From Azolla caroliniana (taxonomy: Eukaryota > Plantae > Polypodiophyta): a stretch of DNA of 64,000 nucleotides. The first letter of the stretch is position 1. Every line of letters begins with the position of its first letter. Position numbers and translations under genes: made by a program. The notes beneath the pieces were generated by a model, which was not told the origin of the DNA, ran no database searches, and saw only the letters and a list, made by a program, of their open reading frames with translations. Positions 16,185-26,243 of the stretch are shown one piece after another. The stretch spans positions 2,914,001 to 2,978,000 of the forward strand of contig JBHGNT010000009.1 of assembly GCA_043228905.1 (NCBI GenBank). Direction: 5' to 3'.

Positions 16185-16992
16185 TGTCAAGATATTACGC
16201 AAGTGCGTGTGGAATCGAGGCGGGACCGCGGGGGTCTCGAACCAAAGAGCAAGCGAGGGAGGAGAAAGAGAGAGTACCGGCTACGCAGGACCGGGGATAC
16301 ACGGGGACACGGCCCTTCAGCACGGAGAACGCGAACAGACACCGACACAGACAGATGCGAATGACTAAATATGTGTATTAACAAAAATGGCTAACACGAC
16401 TACAACCCTCGATGGGGCACAGGTTGGTTACAACCGAACAGGCCGGCGAACAGATGCCGATGCCTGTTCGCTTCGACGCACAAACGGGGGGGGGGGGGGG
16501 GGGTAGCAGGTCGGAGGTGCTGCCGGAAGCACTCGGGCGTTCCTCGAAACAGCGCGAGCCTCCTCGGAACCCTGCACAGAAAGCTATGGAGCTCAAGAAG
16601 GAAGGAAACAGAGAGAGAGAAGCGTCCAGAAACGGTCCGACAGCACTTCGTCCTCTCCGCTCGAGATGCCTACAACAGCTCTTCCCTCCTCTTTTTATAG
16701 CCCGACGAGCAGGCCGTTCTGTCAGCTTTATTCCCTGTCCCTTTTGGACAGGGATCGCTCCGTCCTTCACGCGTCCGCGTAGTTACGCCGCCGACTCGTA
16801 CGGTTCCTTCGCTCGCGCGCGCGACCGAAAAGACTGTTCGCGCGGTCTTTGTCTCCACTTGTGTTAGGGCCCGTTCCCGCCGATTATCCTCCTAATTCGC
16901 TTCTATGTACAACTTGGAGCTTGCGCGCGTGAAGAACCGGTTCCCACGCCTAGGTGCGCCGATTCCGCCTATGGACGGTTTTCTTCGCGACA
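16185..16992 (-). repeat. 3' LTR of element D (808 bp)
   Basis: Differs from 22714-23519 by G-tract length (18 vs 16) and two substitutions noticed by eye. Confidence 0.97.
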
Positions 16993-17063
16993 TCCGCCCC
17001 CACCTAACCGCGCATCCTCCGGTATGCGCCAAGAGAGTTGGGACGGAGAAAACCGGCCCGTCT

Positions 17064-20000
17064 TCATTCCTCGCCCGTCGGTTCTTCCTCGTTTCCGGAT
17101 CGTTCGTCACTGCTGACTAGGAGAGCCGGGTCCGGCTCGTCGTCATGTCGCTTCTTGAGCGCTTTGATCCGCTTCCCTGCAACCGGTATCGCCACTCTCG
17201 TGCCGTCAAGTTCCGCCAGGTGATATGTCCCGTTGTCATTGGCGCTCCGTACCACGTAAGGCCCGAACCACCTTCGTGCGAACTTCCATGTGGCTCGGTG
17301 CTGGTTGTCGAGGCTGCTGTCGTAGATGAGCACCCAGTCACCTTCTTCGATTTTCTTCGGTCGGAGCCGGTGCGTTCGGTCGAACCTGGCTTTGTTCTTT
17401 GTCCTCGCCACCCGGTGCTTCTCCGCAGCCAGTTCCACGTCCTCCGGCCTCCGCCCGAGTTGTCGTATACGCGCGGCCAACAACTCCTCCCGGCTCATCT
17501 CGTCCCTCCAGTCGACCGTTGCCCACGAGGAGATCGTCCGTTCCATCGGCATGATCGGCTTCTGGCCGAACATGAGCTCCGTCGGCATGTACCCGGTTAC
17601 CGAACTGTGCGTGGTCCGGTCTGCCCACAAAGCATACGGTAGCAGCCGCGGCCAGTCACCGACTCGGCCTCCGCATGCCCGGACCAACGCCTTGACGATC
17701 GGTCCGTGTCCGCGCTCCACCTTTCCATTCGCCTCCGGATTGTATGCAGTGGTGAGCGAGAGCTTGACTCCCAGCCGGTCGAACAGCTCCGCGGCTTCTT
17801 CGGCGTCCAACTCCCCTCGGTCAGCCACGATCTTCCCGACGCACCCGTACCGGCATATCACGTCCTCGATTAGGAACCGGCATACGGCCGCAGTCGTTTT
17901 GTTCGGAAGGGCCCGGCCTTCCACCTGGTTCGTCAGATCCTCCCGCGCTAGGACCAGGTACCGCATCTGTCCTACTCCCATTGGCATCGTTACCAGATCT
18001 ACCATCCATTTGAAATGGATGGCCGGAGGGTACGTAGGGTGAAGCTCGTCTCGATGTCGGACTATGGAGTGCATCTGGCAGCTCTCGCAAGTTGTCACGA
18101 ACCGATGCACGTCCTGGTACTGCCCCGGCCACCAATACTTCCCCTTCAGTTTCTCAAACGTAGCCCATGTTCCACGGTGTCCAGCCCAAGGGCTGTCGTG
18201 GTAGGCCGTCAGCAGCTCCTCCTGTTCTTCCTTCATCGCCACCACCCGGAGCGGAGCGCCGTCCCTCTTCTTCGGGTGCTTCCATAGATAGCCATCCCGG
18301 AGAAAGAACCGGTACGCTTTCTTCCGGATCCGGTTGGCCTCGTCCTTCGTCCATGACGCATCGGGCGTCATTGTCTTCAAAAACCCACCGATCTGCAGCC
18401 ACTCCCCGTCGTACTTGCTCGCGTCGAAGTCGTTAAGCGCCGGAGCGCTTGTTCCGTCGGTTGTTACATACGCAGTTTCGAAGAAGTCCACGCCGACCTC
18501 TTCGTCCTCCGAAACCATGCCGCCCTCGTCATCGAATCTCGCCCTTGAAAGCATGTCGGCCATGGCGTTGTCTTTCCCGGAAATGTGTCGTATTACCGGG
18601 TCTAGGGACTTGATGTACGCTATCCACCTGAGCATTGCCAGGTCCGGCGTCGCGCATCCGGAAACCATGCCGAGAATCGGCATGCAATCCGTCTCTATGA
18701 TTACCTCCGTCCCGATCAGATAGTCCTTGTCGGCCTTCACCGCCGAAACGATACCCCAGAGTTCGCGTTTAACCTGGGCGTATCCTCGCTGCCGTTCGCT
18801 GAGGACCTTCGCGCCGAATCGGATCGGAAACCGATTGCCGTCCTCGTCTTCTTGGTTGACGACCCACCCGATTCCGGTCGGACTCGTGTCAACCGTTATG
18901 TACACTGGGGTGCCCTTCCTGTAGACGGCCTTTCGGAGCGCCGGTGCTGCCGAAAGAGCCTCCTTCAGCTTCCGGACCGACTCCGTGTGCTTGTCTAGCC
19001 ATTCGAATCTTCGCCCTTTTCTCAATAATCCGTATAGCGGCTCCGCAACGTGGGCGTAATGCGGGATCCATATGTGGTAGAATGCGCATGCCCCCAGGAA
19101 TCTTCGTACTTCCGTGACCGAGCTGCAGTCGGGCTTCATCGCGGAGATGGCTTCTACCTTTGCCGGAGACGGTTTCCGGCCATATGGCCCACATAAGTGT
19201 CCGACCACCATGATTTCCGACTGCCCGAAGGCTGATTTCTCCCCCGAGAAGGTGAGCCTCGCATCCTCTAGCCTTTGCAGCACCTTCTCGCAGTCGTCGA
19301 TGTGCGCTGTCACGAATCGCCGGCATCCGTCCGGCCCGACCGTCTCGTCCTTCTCTTCTACCGGGCATCCCTTGATCGGGATGTCGTCCAGAAACGGCAT
19401 GGTGATGTCCGGGATGCAGTCCCTCAGCACCTTGTTCATTGCATTCACCATGTGGGCCACCGAGTTGGTCCCTCCTTGCGGCAGCGTACACATCCGCACT
19501 AGGCCGAGGGGAGTTCGCATCGTCGTAATGTCTCTGCTTTCCACGGCTAGCTGGAACTGGTCGTACCCTGAGTATAGATCACCGACCGAGTAAATCGACC
19601 TTCCGGCGAAGGCCTCCGCGAACTCGTCTATGGTCGGTCCGATCCCTGCGTTCCGAATGGTCACTCTATTGACCGGCTGCAGGTCCTGAATGAAGCGCAA
19701 TGATCCGTTTTTCTTTGGTACGGTAAACCAGCGGTTTGAATACGGGGCGCTCGACGGCTCGAGAATGCCCATATCAACTTTCTGCTTCAACAGCTCCATC
19801 AACTTCGGGATGTGAGCTCTCGGAACCGAAATTGGCTTGAGATTCCACGGTACATGAGGTACCGTGAATATCACCATCGGCTCTACGATCGTCGGGTCCA
19901 CGCACCCGATTTCCTCCGGCGAGAATGCGAAGGCTTTCCCGTGCCTTCCGAGCATTCTCCGGAACCGGTCTTCCTCCGCCGGCAGTAGGAACCCGCCCCC

Positions 20001-20546
20001 ACCTATCTTCAGCTCGCGGAGCGTCTCGTTGGTGAAGGTGTGTCCTATGCAGGCCGGATCCCGTAAGCTGGGGTCCGATGCAACCCCTTTGATTCGGGAT
20101 TCGCTGCCCTCCGGTAAGGGCGCCGCAACTGGCCTCACCTTCCGGTCCACAGTCTTGTACTTGGTGCTAACTCGGGCTGTCCGTTCCGACTCGAGCCCTC
20201 AACCGAAGTCCGCGATGACTTCGTACATTTCTTCGGAACATACCGGTATCGTCCGGTCCTCGATAAGGTCTTCTTCGACTACCCTCCCCAGCATTCCCAA
20301 GGTGTCGTCGAAGGAGACTGCCTCCACGGCTCCGTTGATTTCTTCGTCAGGGCCGAGAACTCCGCACGCCCGAAGTCTCCCCTCCGTCTTTGTTTTCTCT
20401 CGGCCGGCGATGCCGACCAACATACATGCTCCGCTGTCGGAGAAGCAAAATTTCCTACCTATTGTACACGGTTTTATCGTACAGATGTGGGGTTTTCCCG
20501 GAGCATCCGGACTGTCGCGACCCCACGCCTTGGCAGTCCTCTCTAA
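17064..20546 (-). CDS. pol: Pol (RT-RNase H-integrase) of element D, -1 frame relative to gag-pro; one in-frame TGA at 20199-20201
   Basis: RT: RFIQDLQPVN, GDLYSGYDQ, LPQGGTNS, PFLDD. RNase H: VDTSPTGIG, ELWG, IETDC, ADMLSR. Integrase: H..H..CESC, then D, D, E residues. No chromodomain seen. Confidence 0.93.
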
Positions 20547-20552
20547 AAATCC
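20487..20552 (-). promoter_or_regulatory. Predicted -1 ribosomal frameshift signal (G GAU UUU + pseudoknot), element D
   Basis: Heptamer at 20552-20546 just before the gag-pro TAG; 6-nt spacer; stem 1 GGACTG/CAGTCC; stem 2 GTGGGGT/ACCCCAC; -1 frame open downstream. Confidence 0.8.
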
Positions 20553-22669
20553 TCTCGGTTTTCGGAACCGAGGGAGTCGCGGTTACGTTCGTGGTTCGGC
20601 CGTACCGTCAGAAACTGGACCGAATGGCGCCCGTCTTGGCTTTTGACCCTCGCGTAGGCCGAACCGTTGTCCAACACCTTGGTCTCCATCCGCGCCGCCG
20701 TGATGTACGGCTCTCCCAGTATGACCGGATGCGAAGACGTCTCCTGCACGAAGAAGTGCTGGTCAATCTCGACGTCGCCGATCTTGACTCGCACATTCGG
20801 ACAGGCCCCGTGCAGCTCCTCGGTGGCGCGCGTTGCCGCCCTTATTTTCCACCCGTGCTTGGTGTTGATCGGCCATTTGCCCTTTTTATAGAAGTCCATG
20901 GACATCAAGTTGATCTCCGATCCGTGGTCCACCAAAGCTATCACCGGTTCCTGGACATCGCCGATCTTCACCGGGGTTTCCGTGGTCGCTCGGGCCCAGT
21001 GTGGTCTCGAATAGTGGCTTTCCGCCCACTCGTCTCCCAGCGCCATGTCGTCTAGGTGCGTCGTCCGCACTTCCACTGGTCTTTCCGGTTCTGTCTCTGT
21101 CAACAGCCTCTTCCGTTTCACCAAGTCCACGATGGAGTCGTGGAACTCCTTCTTGGCGATTCCCAGCACCTCTCGTAACGACAGCTCCACCTTGCTGTCG
21201 AGGATCCATTCCTCTAGGACCTTTCGTAAGTCCGTGGTCCTTTCTATCTCCGTCCCCAGACGGTACCCGCCCTTCTGGGGTTTATCTTTCGTACCGGCCC
21301 CGCCGGCTTCGTCCCGTCGTGGCCCGGACCGGGTCTCGTATCGTTGTGAGGGCCCGGTCATCCCGGGTTTCCCCACCCGCTTCTCTTCTACTAGAGCCTC
21401 GTAGTTCTGGCAAGCGGCTTCCACGAAGCCCGTCCTTTCCTCGACCGGGTCGCTCCACCCGGTTATCTCCCGTACCCGTTTCTCCGCGCGGTCCGATTCC
21501 TCCCCTTTAAGCCTCGCACCGGCAAGGCCTCCCAGCATCGTCGGCCAGAACCCGGCTTCGCTTTCCCTTCGGGCCTCGCCGCCCCCGACTCGAATGCCGG
21601 CCGACGCCGAGTAGTGGACGGTTTCCGCGTGTCGGGCCGCCGCCTCTTCCATCAACCTTTTCATACCACCTCGCCCGTCGTTTCGGCTCAGGGCCCTTCG
21701 GGTGTCGCTGTCATGCACTCGCCCTTCCCACAGGTACACCACCCTGTCCCTTAGCGCCTCCGCGAAGTCGCCGCAGTCCTTCCGAATGTGGCCGACTTCA
21801 TCGCACCACATGCACCTGTTTCCTGCCGCCGGCCGTCGGTCACGAGCCGGTTCGCCACCTTCCCTTCGGGCTTGCGCGATTTGGAGGTCCTTTACCGCCC
21901 TCGTCAATTCCTCCAGTGCCGCTCCTCCAGTCGAGCCTCTGACTACGCCGGTCGAAGCCGAACCGGTTTCCAACCACTCTCGGGTCTCTTCCTTTCGCAC
22001 CTGTGGCGCTGGTTCGAACTTCCTTGCTGCGACCGAGCCCGACCCGGTTACCCCGTTATCCGCCCATTCTCGCCGTTTGTCGAAACGGCCACAGACCTTC
22101 TTGACAGCCGCCCAGTCGGTAGTGAGCCCGTCTTCGGTTTCCAGCAAGAGGCCCACTTGCTCCCGATCCCGCTCGTCGACCGACTTGACAAACAGCAAGA
22201 CCCGGCTCGTGTCCAGGACGGTTCGGTCGAGCGCCGAAAGGCGCGCAAAGTTTTCCTCGAACTCCCGGAGGAGCGCCGACGCGTTTCTTCCCTTCCCCGG
22301 GGACTCCACCCATTCTATGAACCTTCGCTTCGAAAGCCGGAGCGCGTCGTCCAGCCCGTATTTCTCTAGGAGCCGACCTTCGAACTCCTCCCAGGTACGG
22401 CTCTCCGTCCGCACCTCGAACACCTCCGCATGGATGCTCGGCATCGCCACTCGGGGAAATCCGGCAAGACGCCTTTCTTCCGGAATGTCCCGCATCAGCA
22501 TCTCTGCACCGTAGGACGCCAAATACTTCGTGGCATCCTTCCCATCGAACCGGCCGATCGTGCCGACGACCGCCTCAATAGCTCTGTCGAGGGCACCGGT
22601 GCTCTCGCGCGCGTTTACAATCCGATCCACGGCCGAAGCCATGGCCTCTGCGAGATCCGACCCCCTCAT
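20543..22669 (-). CDS. gag: Gag-protease polyprotein of element D (~708 aa from ATG 22669)
   Basis: Uninterrupted ORF with CX2CX4HX4C knuckle (CMWCDEVGHIRKDC) and retropepsin-like ALVDHGSEINLM...VILGEPY. Confidence 0.93.
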   Translation of the reverse strand: MRGSDLAEAMASAVDRIVNARESTGALDRAIEAVVGTIGRFDGKDATKYLASYGAEMLMRDIPEERRLAGFPRVAMPSIHAEVFEVRTESRTWEEFEGRLLEKYGLDDALRLSKRRFIEWVESPGKGRNASALLREFEENFARLSALDRTVLDTSRVLLFVKSVDERDREQVGLLLETEDGLTTDWAAVKKVCGRFDKRREWADNGVTGSGSVAARKFEPAPQVRKEETREWLETGSASTGVVRGSTGGAALEELTRAVKDLQIAQARREGGEPARDRRPAAGNRCMWCDEVGHIRKDCGDFAEALRDRVVYLWEGRVHDSDTRRALSRNDGRGGMKRLMEEAAARHAETVHYSASAGIRVGGGEARRESEAGFWPTMLGGLAGARLKGEESDRAEKRVREITGWSDPVEERTGFVEAACQNYEALVEEKRVGKPGMTGPSQRYETRSGPRRDEAGGAGTKDKPQKGGYRLGTEIERTTDLRKVLEEWILDSKVELSLREVLGIAKKEFHDSIVDLVKRKRLLTETEPERPVEVRTTHLDDMALGDEWAESHYSRPHWARATTETPVKIGDVQEPVIALVDHGSEINLMSMDFYKKGKWPINTKHGWKIRAATRATEELHGACPNVRVKIGDVEIDQHFFVQETSSHPVILGEPYITAARMETKVLDNGSAYARVKSQDGRHSVQFLTVRPNHERNRDSLGSENREDF

Positions 22670-22691
22670 CTTCTGCTCTTCTGCCGCCTCT

Positions 22692-22709
22692 TTCACGTCG
22701 GGTTCACCA
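22692..22709 (-). promoter_or_regulatory. Primer binding site complementary to tRNA-Trp, element D
   Basis: Minus strand TGGTGAACCCGACGTGAA, 4 nt after the 5' LTR. The plus strand reads TTCACGTCGGGTTCACCA, the 3' end of plant cytosolic tRNA-Trp(CCA) as I recall it. Confidence 0.88.
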
Positions 22710-22713
22710 AATA

Positions 22714-23519
22714 TGTCAAGATATTACGCAAGTGCGTGTGGAATCGAGGCGGGACCGCGGGGGTCTCGAACCAAAGAGCAAGCGAGGGAGGAGAAAGAGA
22801 GAGTACCGGCTACGCAGGACCGGGGATACACGGGGACACGGCCCTTCAGCACGGAGAACGCGAACAGACACCGACACAGACAGATGCGAATGACTAAATA
22901 TGTGTATTAACAAAAATGGCTAACACGACTACAACCCTCGATGGGGCACAGGTTGGTTACAACCGAACAGGCCGGCGAACAGATGCCGATGCCTGTTCGC
23001 TTCGACGCACAAACGGGGGGGGGGGGGGGGTAGCAGGTCGGAGGTGCTGCCGGAAGCACTCGGGCGTTCCTCGAAACAGCGCGAGCCTCCTCGGAACCCT
23101 GCACAGAAAGCTATGGAGCTCAAGAAGGAAGGAAACAGAGAGAGAGAAGCGTCCAGAAACGGTCCGACAGCACTTCGTCCTCTCCGCCCGAGATGCCTGC
23201 AACAGCTCTTCCCTCCTCTTTTTATAGCCCGACGAGCAGGCCGTTCTGTCAGCTTTATTCCCTGTCCCTTTTGGACAGGGATCGCTCCGTCCTTCACGCG
23301 TCCGCGTAGTTACGCCGCCGACTCGTACGGTTCCTTCGCTCGCGCGCGCGACCGAAAAGACTGTTCGCGCGGTCTTTGTCTCCACTTGTGTTAGGGCCCG
23401 TTCCCGCCGATTATCCTCCTAATTCGCTTCTATGTACAACTTGGAGCTTGCGCGCGTGAAGAACCGGTTCCCACGCCTAGGTGCGCCGATTCCGCCTATG
23501 GACGGTTTTCTTCGCGACA
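22714..23519 (-). repeat. 5' LTR of element D (806 bp)
   Basis: TG..CA ends, adjacent to the PBS; TATA-like GCTATAAAAAG on the minus strand near 23220. Confidence 0.97.
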
Positions 23520-26237
23520 CCGTTTTACGTCCTCTGGCCTCCGCTCAAGCTGTCGAATCCGCGTCGCCAACAGGTCCTCCCAGCTCATCTCGTCCCTCCA
23601 GTCCACCGTGGCCCACGAGGAGATCGTTCGCTCTGTTGGCATGATCGGCTTCTGTCCGAACATCAGCTCGGCCGGCATGAACCCGATTACCGAACTGTGC
23701 GTAGTCCGGTCCGCCCACAAGGCATAAGGTAGCAGCCGTGGCCAGTCCCCGACTCGGCCTCCACACGCCCGTACTAGCGCTTTGACAATTGGCCCGTGCC
23801 CGCACTCCACCATCCCGTTCGCCTCCGGATTGTACGTTGTGGTGAGCGAAAGTTTGACTCCTAGTCGGTCGAACAGCTCTTCGACCTCTTCTGCGTCCAA
23901 CTCACCACGGTCAGCCACGATCTTCCCTACGCACCCGTATTGGCATACTACGTCCTCAATAAAAAACCGGCACACGACTGCCGTCGTCTTGTTCTGCAGG
24001 GCTTGGCCTTCAACCTGGTTCGTTAGATCTTCCCGAGCCAGCACCAGATACCGCATCTGCCCTACCCCCATTGGCATCGTCACCAAATCCACCATCCACT
24101 TGAAGTGGACAGTTGGAGGGTAGGTCGGGTGAAGCTCGTCCCGGTGTCAGATCATGGAGTGCACCTGGCAGCTTTCACAAGTCGTCACGAACCGATGGAC
24201 GTCCCGGTATAGTCCTGGCCACCAGTACTTCCCCTTTAGCTTTTCGAACGTGGCCCACGTTCCACGGTGTCCAGCCCACGGGCTATCGTGGTACGCCGCC
24301 AACAAATCCTCCTGTTCCCCCTTCTTCGCCACCACTCGGAGCGGGATGTCGTTCCTCTTCTTTGGGTGCTTCCAGATGTGTCCGTCCCGGAGAAAGAATC
24401 GGTAGGCTTTCTTCCGAATCCGGTTGGCCTCGTCCGTTGTCCATGCCGCTTCCGGTGTCATTGTTTTCAGGAACCCGCCGATCTGCAGCCACTCCCCGTC
24501 GTACTTGCTCTCGTCGAAGTCGTTAAGCGTTGGAGAGCATTCCCCGTTGGTTGTCACGTAAGCCGCCTCGAAGAAGTCCACGCCGACTTCCTCGTCCTCT
24601 GAAACCATGCTGCCGTCGTTTTCGAACCTCGCCCTTGAAAGCATGTCGGCCATGGCGTTGTCTTTCCCGGAAATGTGTCGTATTTCCGGATTCAGGGACT
24701 TGATGTACGCTATCCACCTGAGCATTGTCAGGTCCGGCGTCGTGCAACCGAAAACCATGCCAAGAATTGGCAGGCAGTCCGTCTCGATAATTACCTCTGC
24801 CCCGATCAGGTAGTCTTTGTCGGCCTTTACCGCCGAAACGATACCCCAGAGCTCGCGTTTAACCTGGGCGTATCCTCGTTGTCGCTCGCTGAGGACCTTC
24901 GCGCCGAACCGGATCGGGGAACGCATGCCGTCCTCGTCCTCCTGGTTGACGACCCATCCGATCCCGGTCGGACTCGTGTCTACCGTTACGTAAATTGGAG
25001 TGCTCTTTCCGTAGACAGCCTTTCGGAGCGCCGGAGCCGCAACAAGTGCTTCCTTCATCTTCCGGACAGACTCTGTATGCTCGTCTCTCCACTCGAATCT
25101 TCGCCCCTTTTTCAGCAACCCGTATAACGGCTCCGTGACGTGAGCGTAATGCGGGATCCATATGTGGTAGAACGTGCACGCTCCCAAGAACCTCCGAACC
25201 TCCGTGACCGAGCTGCAGTCGTTCTTCATCGCAGTGATGGCTTCTACCTTAGCCGGAGACGGTTTCCGGCCGTATGGCCCGCATAGGTGTCCGACGACCT
25301 CCGCGAACTCGTCTATTGTCGGTCTGATTCCTGCGTTTCGAATGGTCACCTTGTTGACCGGCTGCAAGTCTTGAATAAAGCGCAGCGTGCCGTCCTTCTT
25401 CGGCACGGTAAACCACCGATTCGAGTATGGGGCACTCGACGGTTCGAGGATTCCCATCTCGACCTTCTGCTTTAACAGCTCCATTAGCTTTGGGATGTGA
25501 GCTCTGGGTACTGGAATCGGTTTGAGACTCCACGGTACATGCGGTACCGTGAATATCACCATCGGTTCCACGACTGTCGGGTCTACGCACCCGATCTCCT
25601 CCGGTGAGAATGAGAAAGCCTTTCCATGCCTTCCGAGCATTTCCCGAAAACGGTTCTCTTCCGCTAGCAGTAGGAAGCCGCCCCCACCGATTTTGAGCTC
25701 CCGCAGCATTATGTCGGTGAACGTGTGTCCTATGCGGGCCGGATTTCGTAAACTCGGGTCCGACGCAACCCCTTTTATTCGCAACTCGCTGCCCTCCGGC
25801 AAGGGAGCCGTGACTGGCCTCACCTTCCGGTCCACAGTCTTGTACCTCGTCTCCACCCGGGCCGTCCGATCCGACTCGAGCCCTCTACTGAAGTCGGCGA
25901 TGACTTCGTACATCCTTTCCGAACATACCGGAATCGTCTGGTCCTCTTTAAGGACTCCTCCGACTACCTCTCGTAGCTCCCCCAAGGTATCGTCGAAAGA
26001 GACCGCCTCCACGGCTCCGTTGATTTCCTCTCCAAGGTCGAGGATACCACATGCCCGAAGTCGCTCCTCTGCCCTTTTCTTCTTCCGTCCAACAACGTCG
26101 ACTATCGTACACCCTCCGTTGTCGGAGAACCAAAATTTCCTACTTATAGTACAGGTCTTCTCCGCTATCGTACATTTGTGGGGTTTTCCCGGAGTGTCCG
26201 GACTATCGCGGCCCCACGCCTTGATAGTCCTCTCTAA
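23520..26237 (-). pseudogene. pol: Pol of element C: RT core deleted, premature TGA at 24147-24149, interrupted by D
   Basis: Colinear with D pol but joins PTIDEFAE directly to VVGHLCGPY (junction 25298/25299). HSMI*HRDE stands where D has HSIVRHRDE. Confidence 0.92.
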
Positions 26238-26243
26238 AAATCC
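26178..26243 (-). promoter_or_regulatory. Predicted -1 ribosomal frameshift signal, element C
   Basis: GGATTTT TAGAGA GGACTATC..GTGGGG..GATAGTCC..CCCCAC; -1 frame open into the 26012 ORF. Confidence 0.8.

Larger units (their letters stand above)
16185..23519 (-). mobile_element. Ty3/gypsy LTR retrotransposon 'D' (inner, young, nearly intact)
   Basis: LTRs 22714-23519 and 16185-16992 nearly identical; TSD CCGT; PBS 22692-22709; PPT 16993-17009; full gag-PR and RT-RH-INT. Confidence 0.98.

Noticed and set aside
16185-16992. Hammerhead ribozyme (retrozyme-like) or protein-coding ORFs in the LTRs
   Set aside because: No CUGANGA/GAAA core found by eye; LTR ORFs change frame between the two copies with G-tract length.
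20199-20207. Programmed stop-codon readthrough at the TGA in D pol
   Set aside because: Context TGA GGG is not a known leaky context and C has a sense codon here; a point mutation is simpler.
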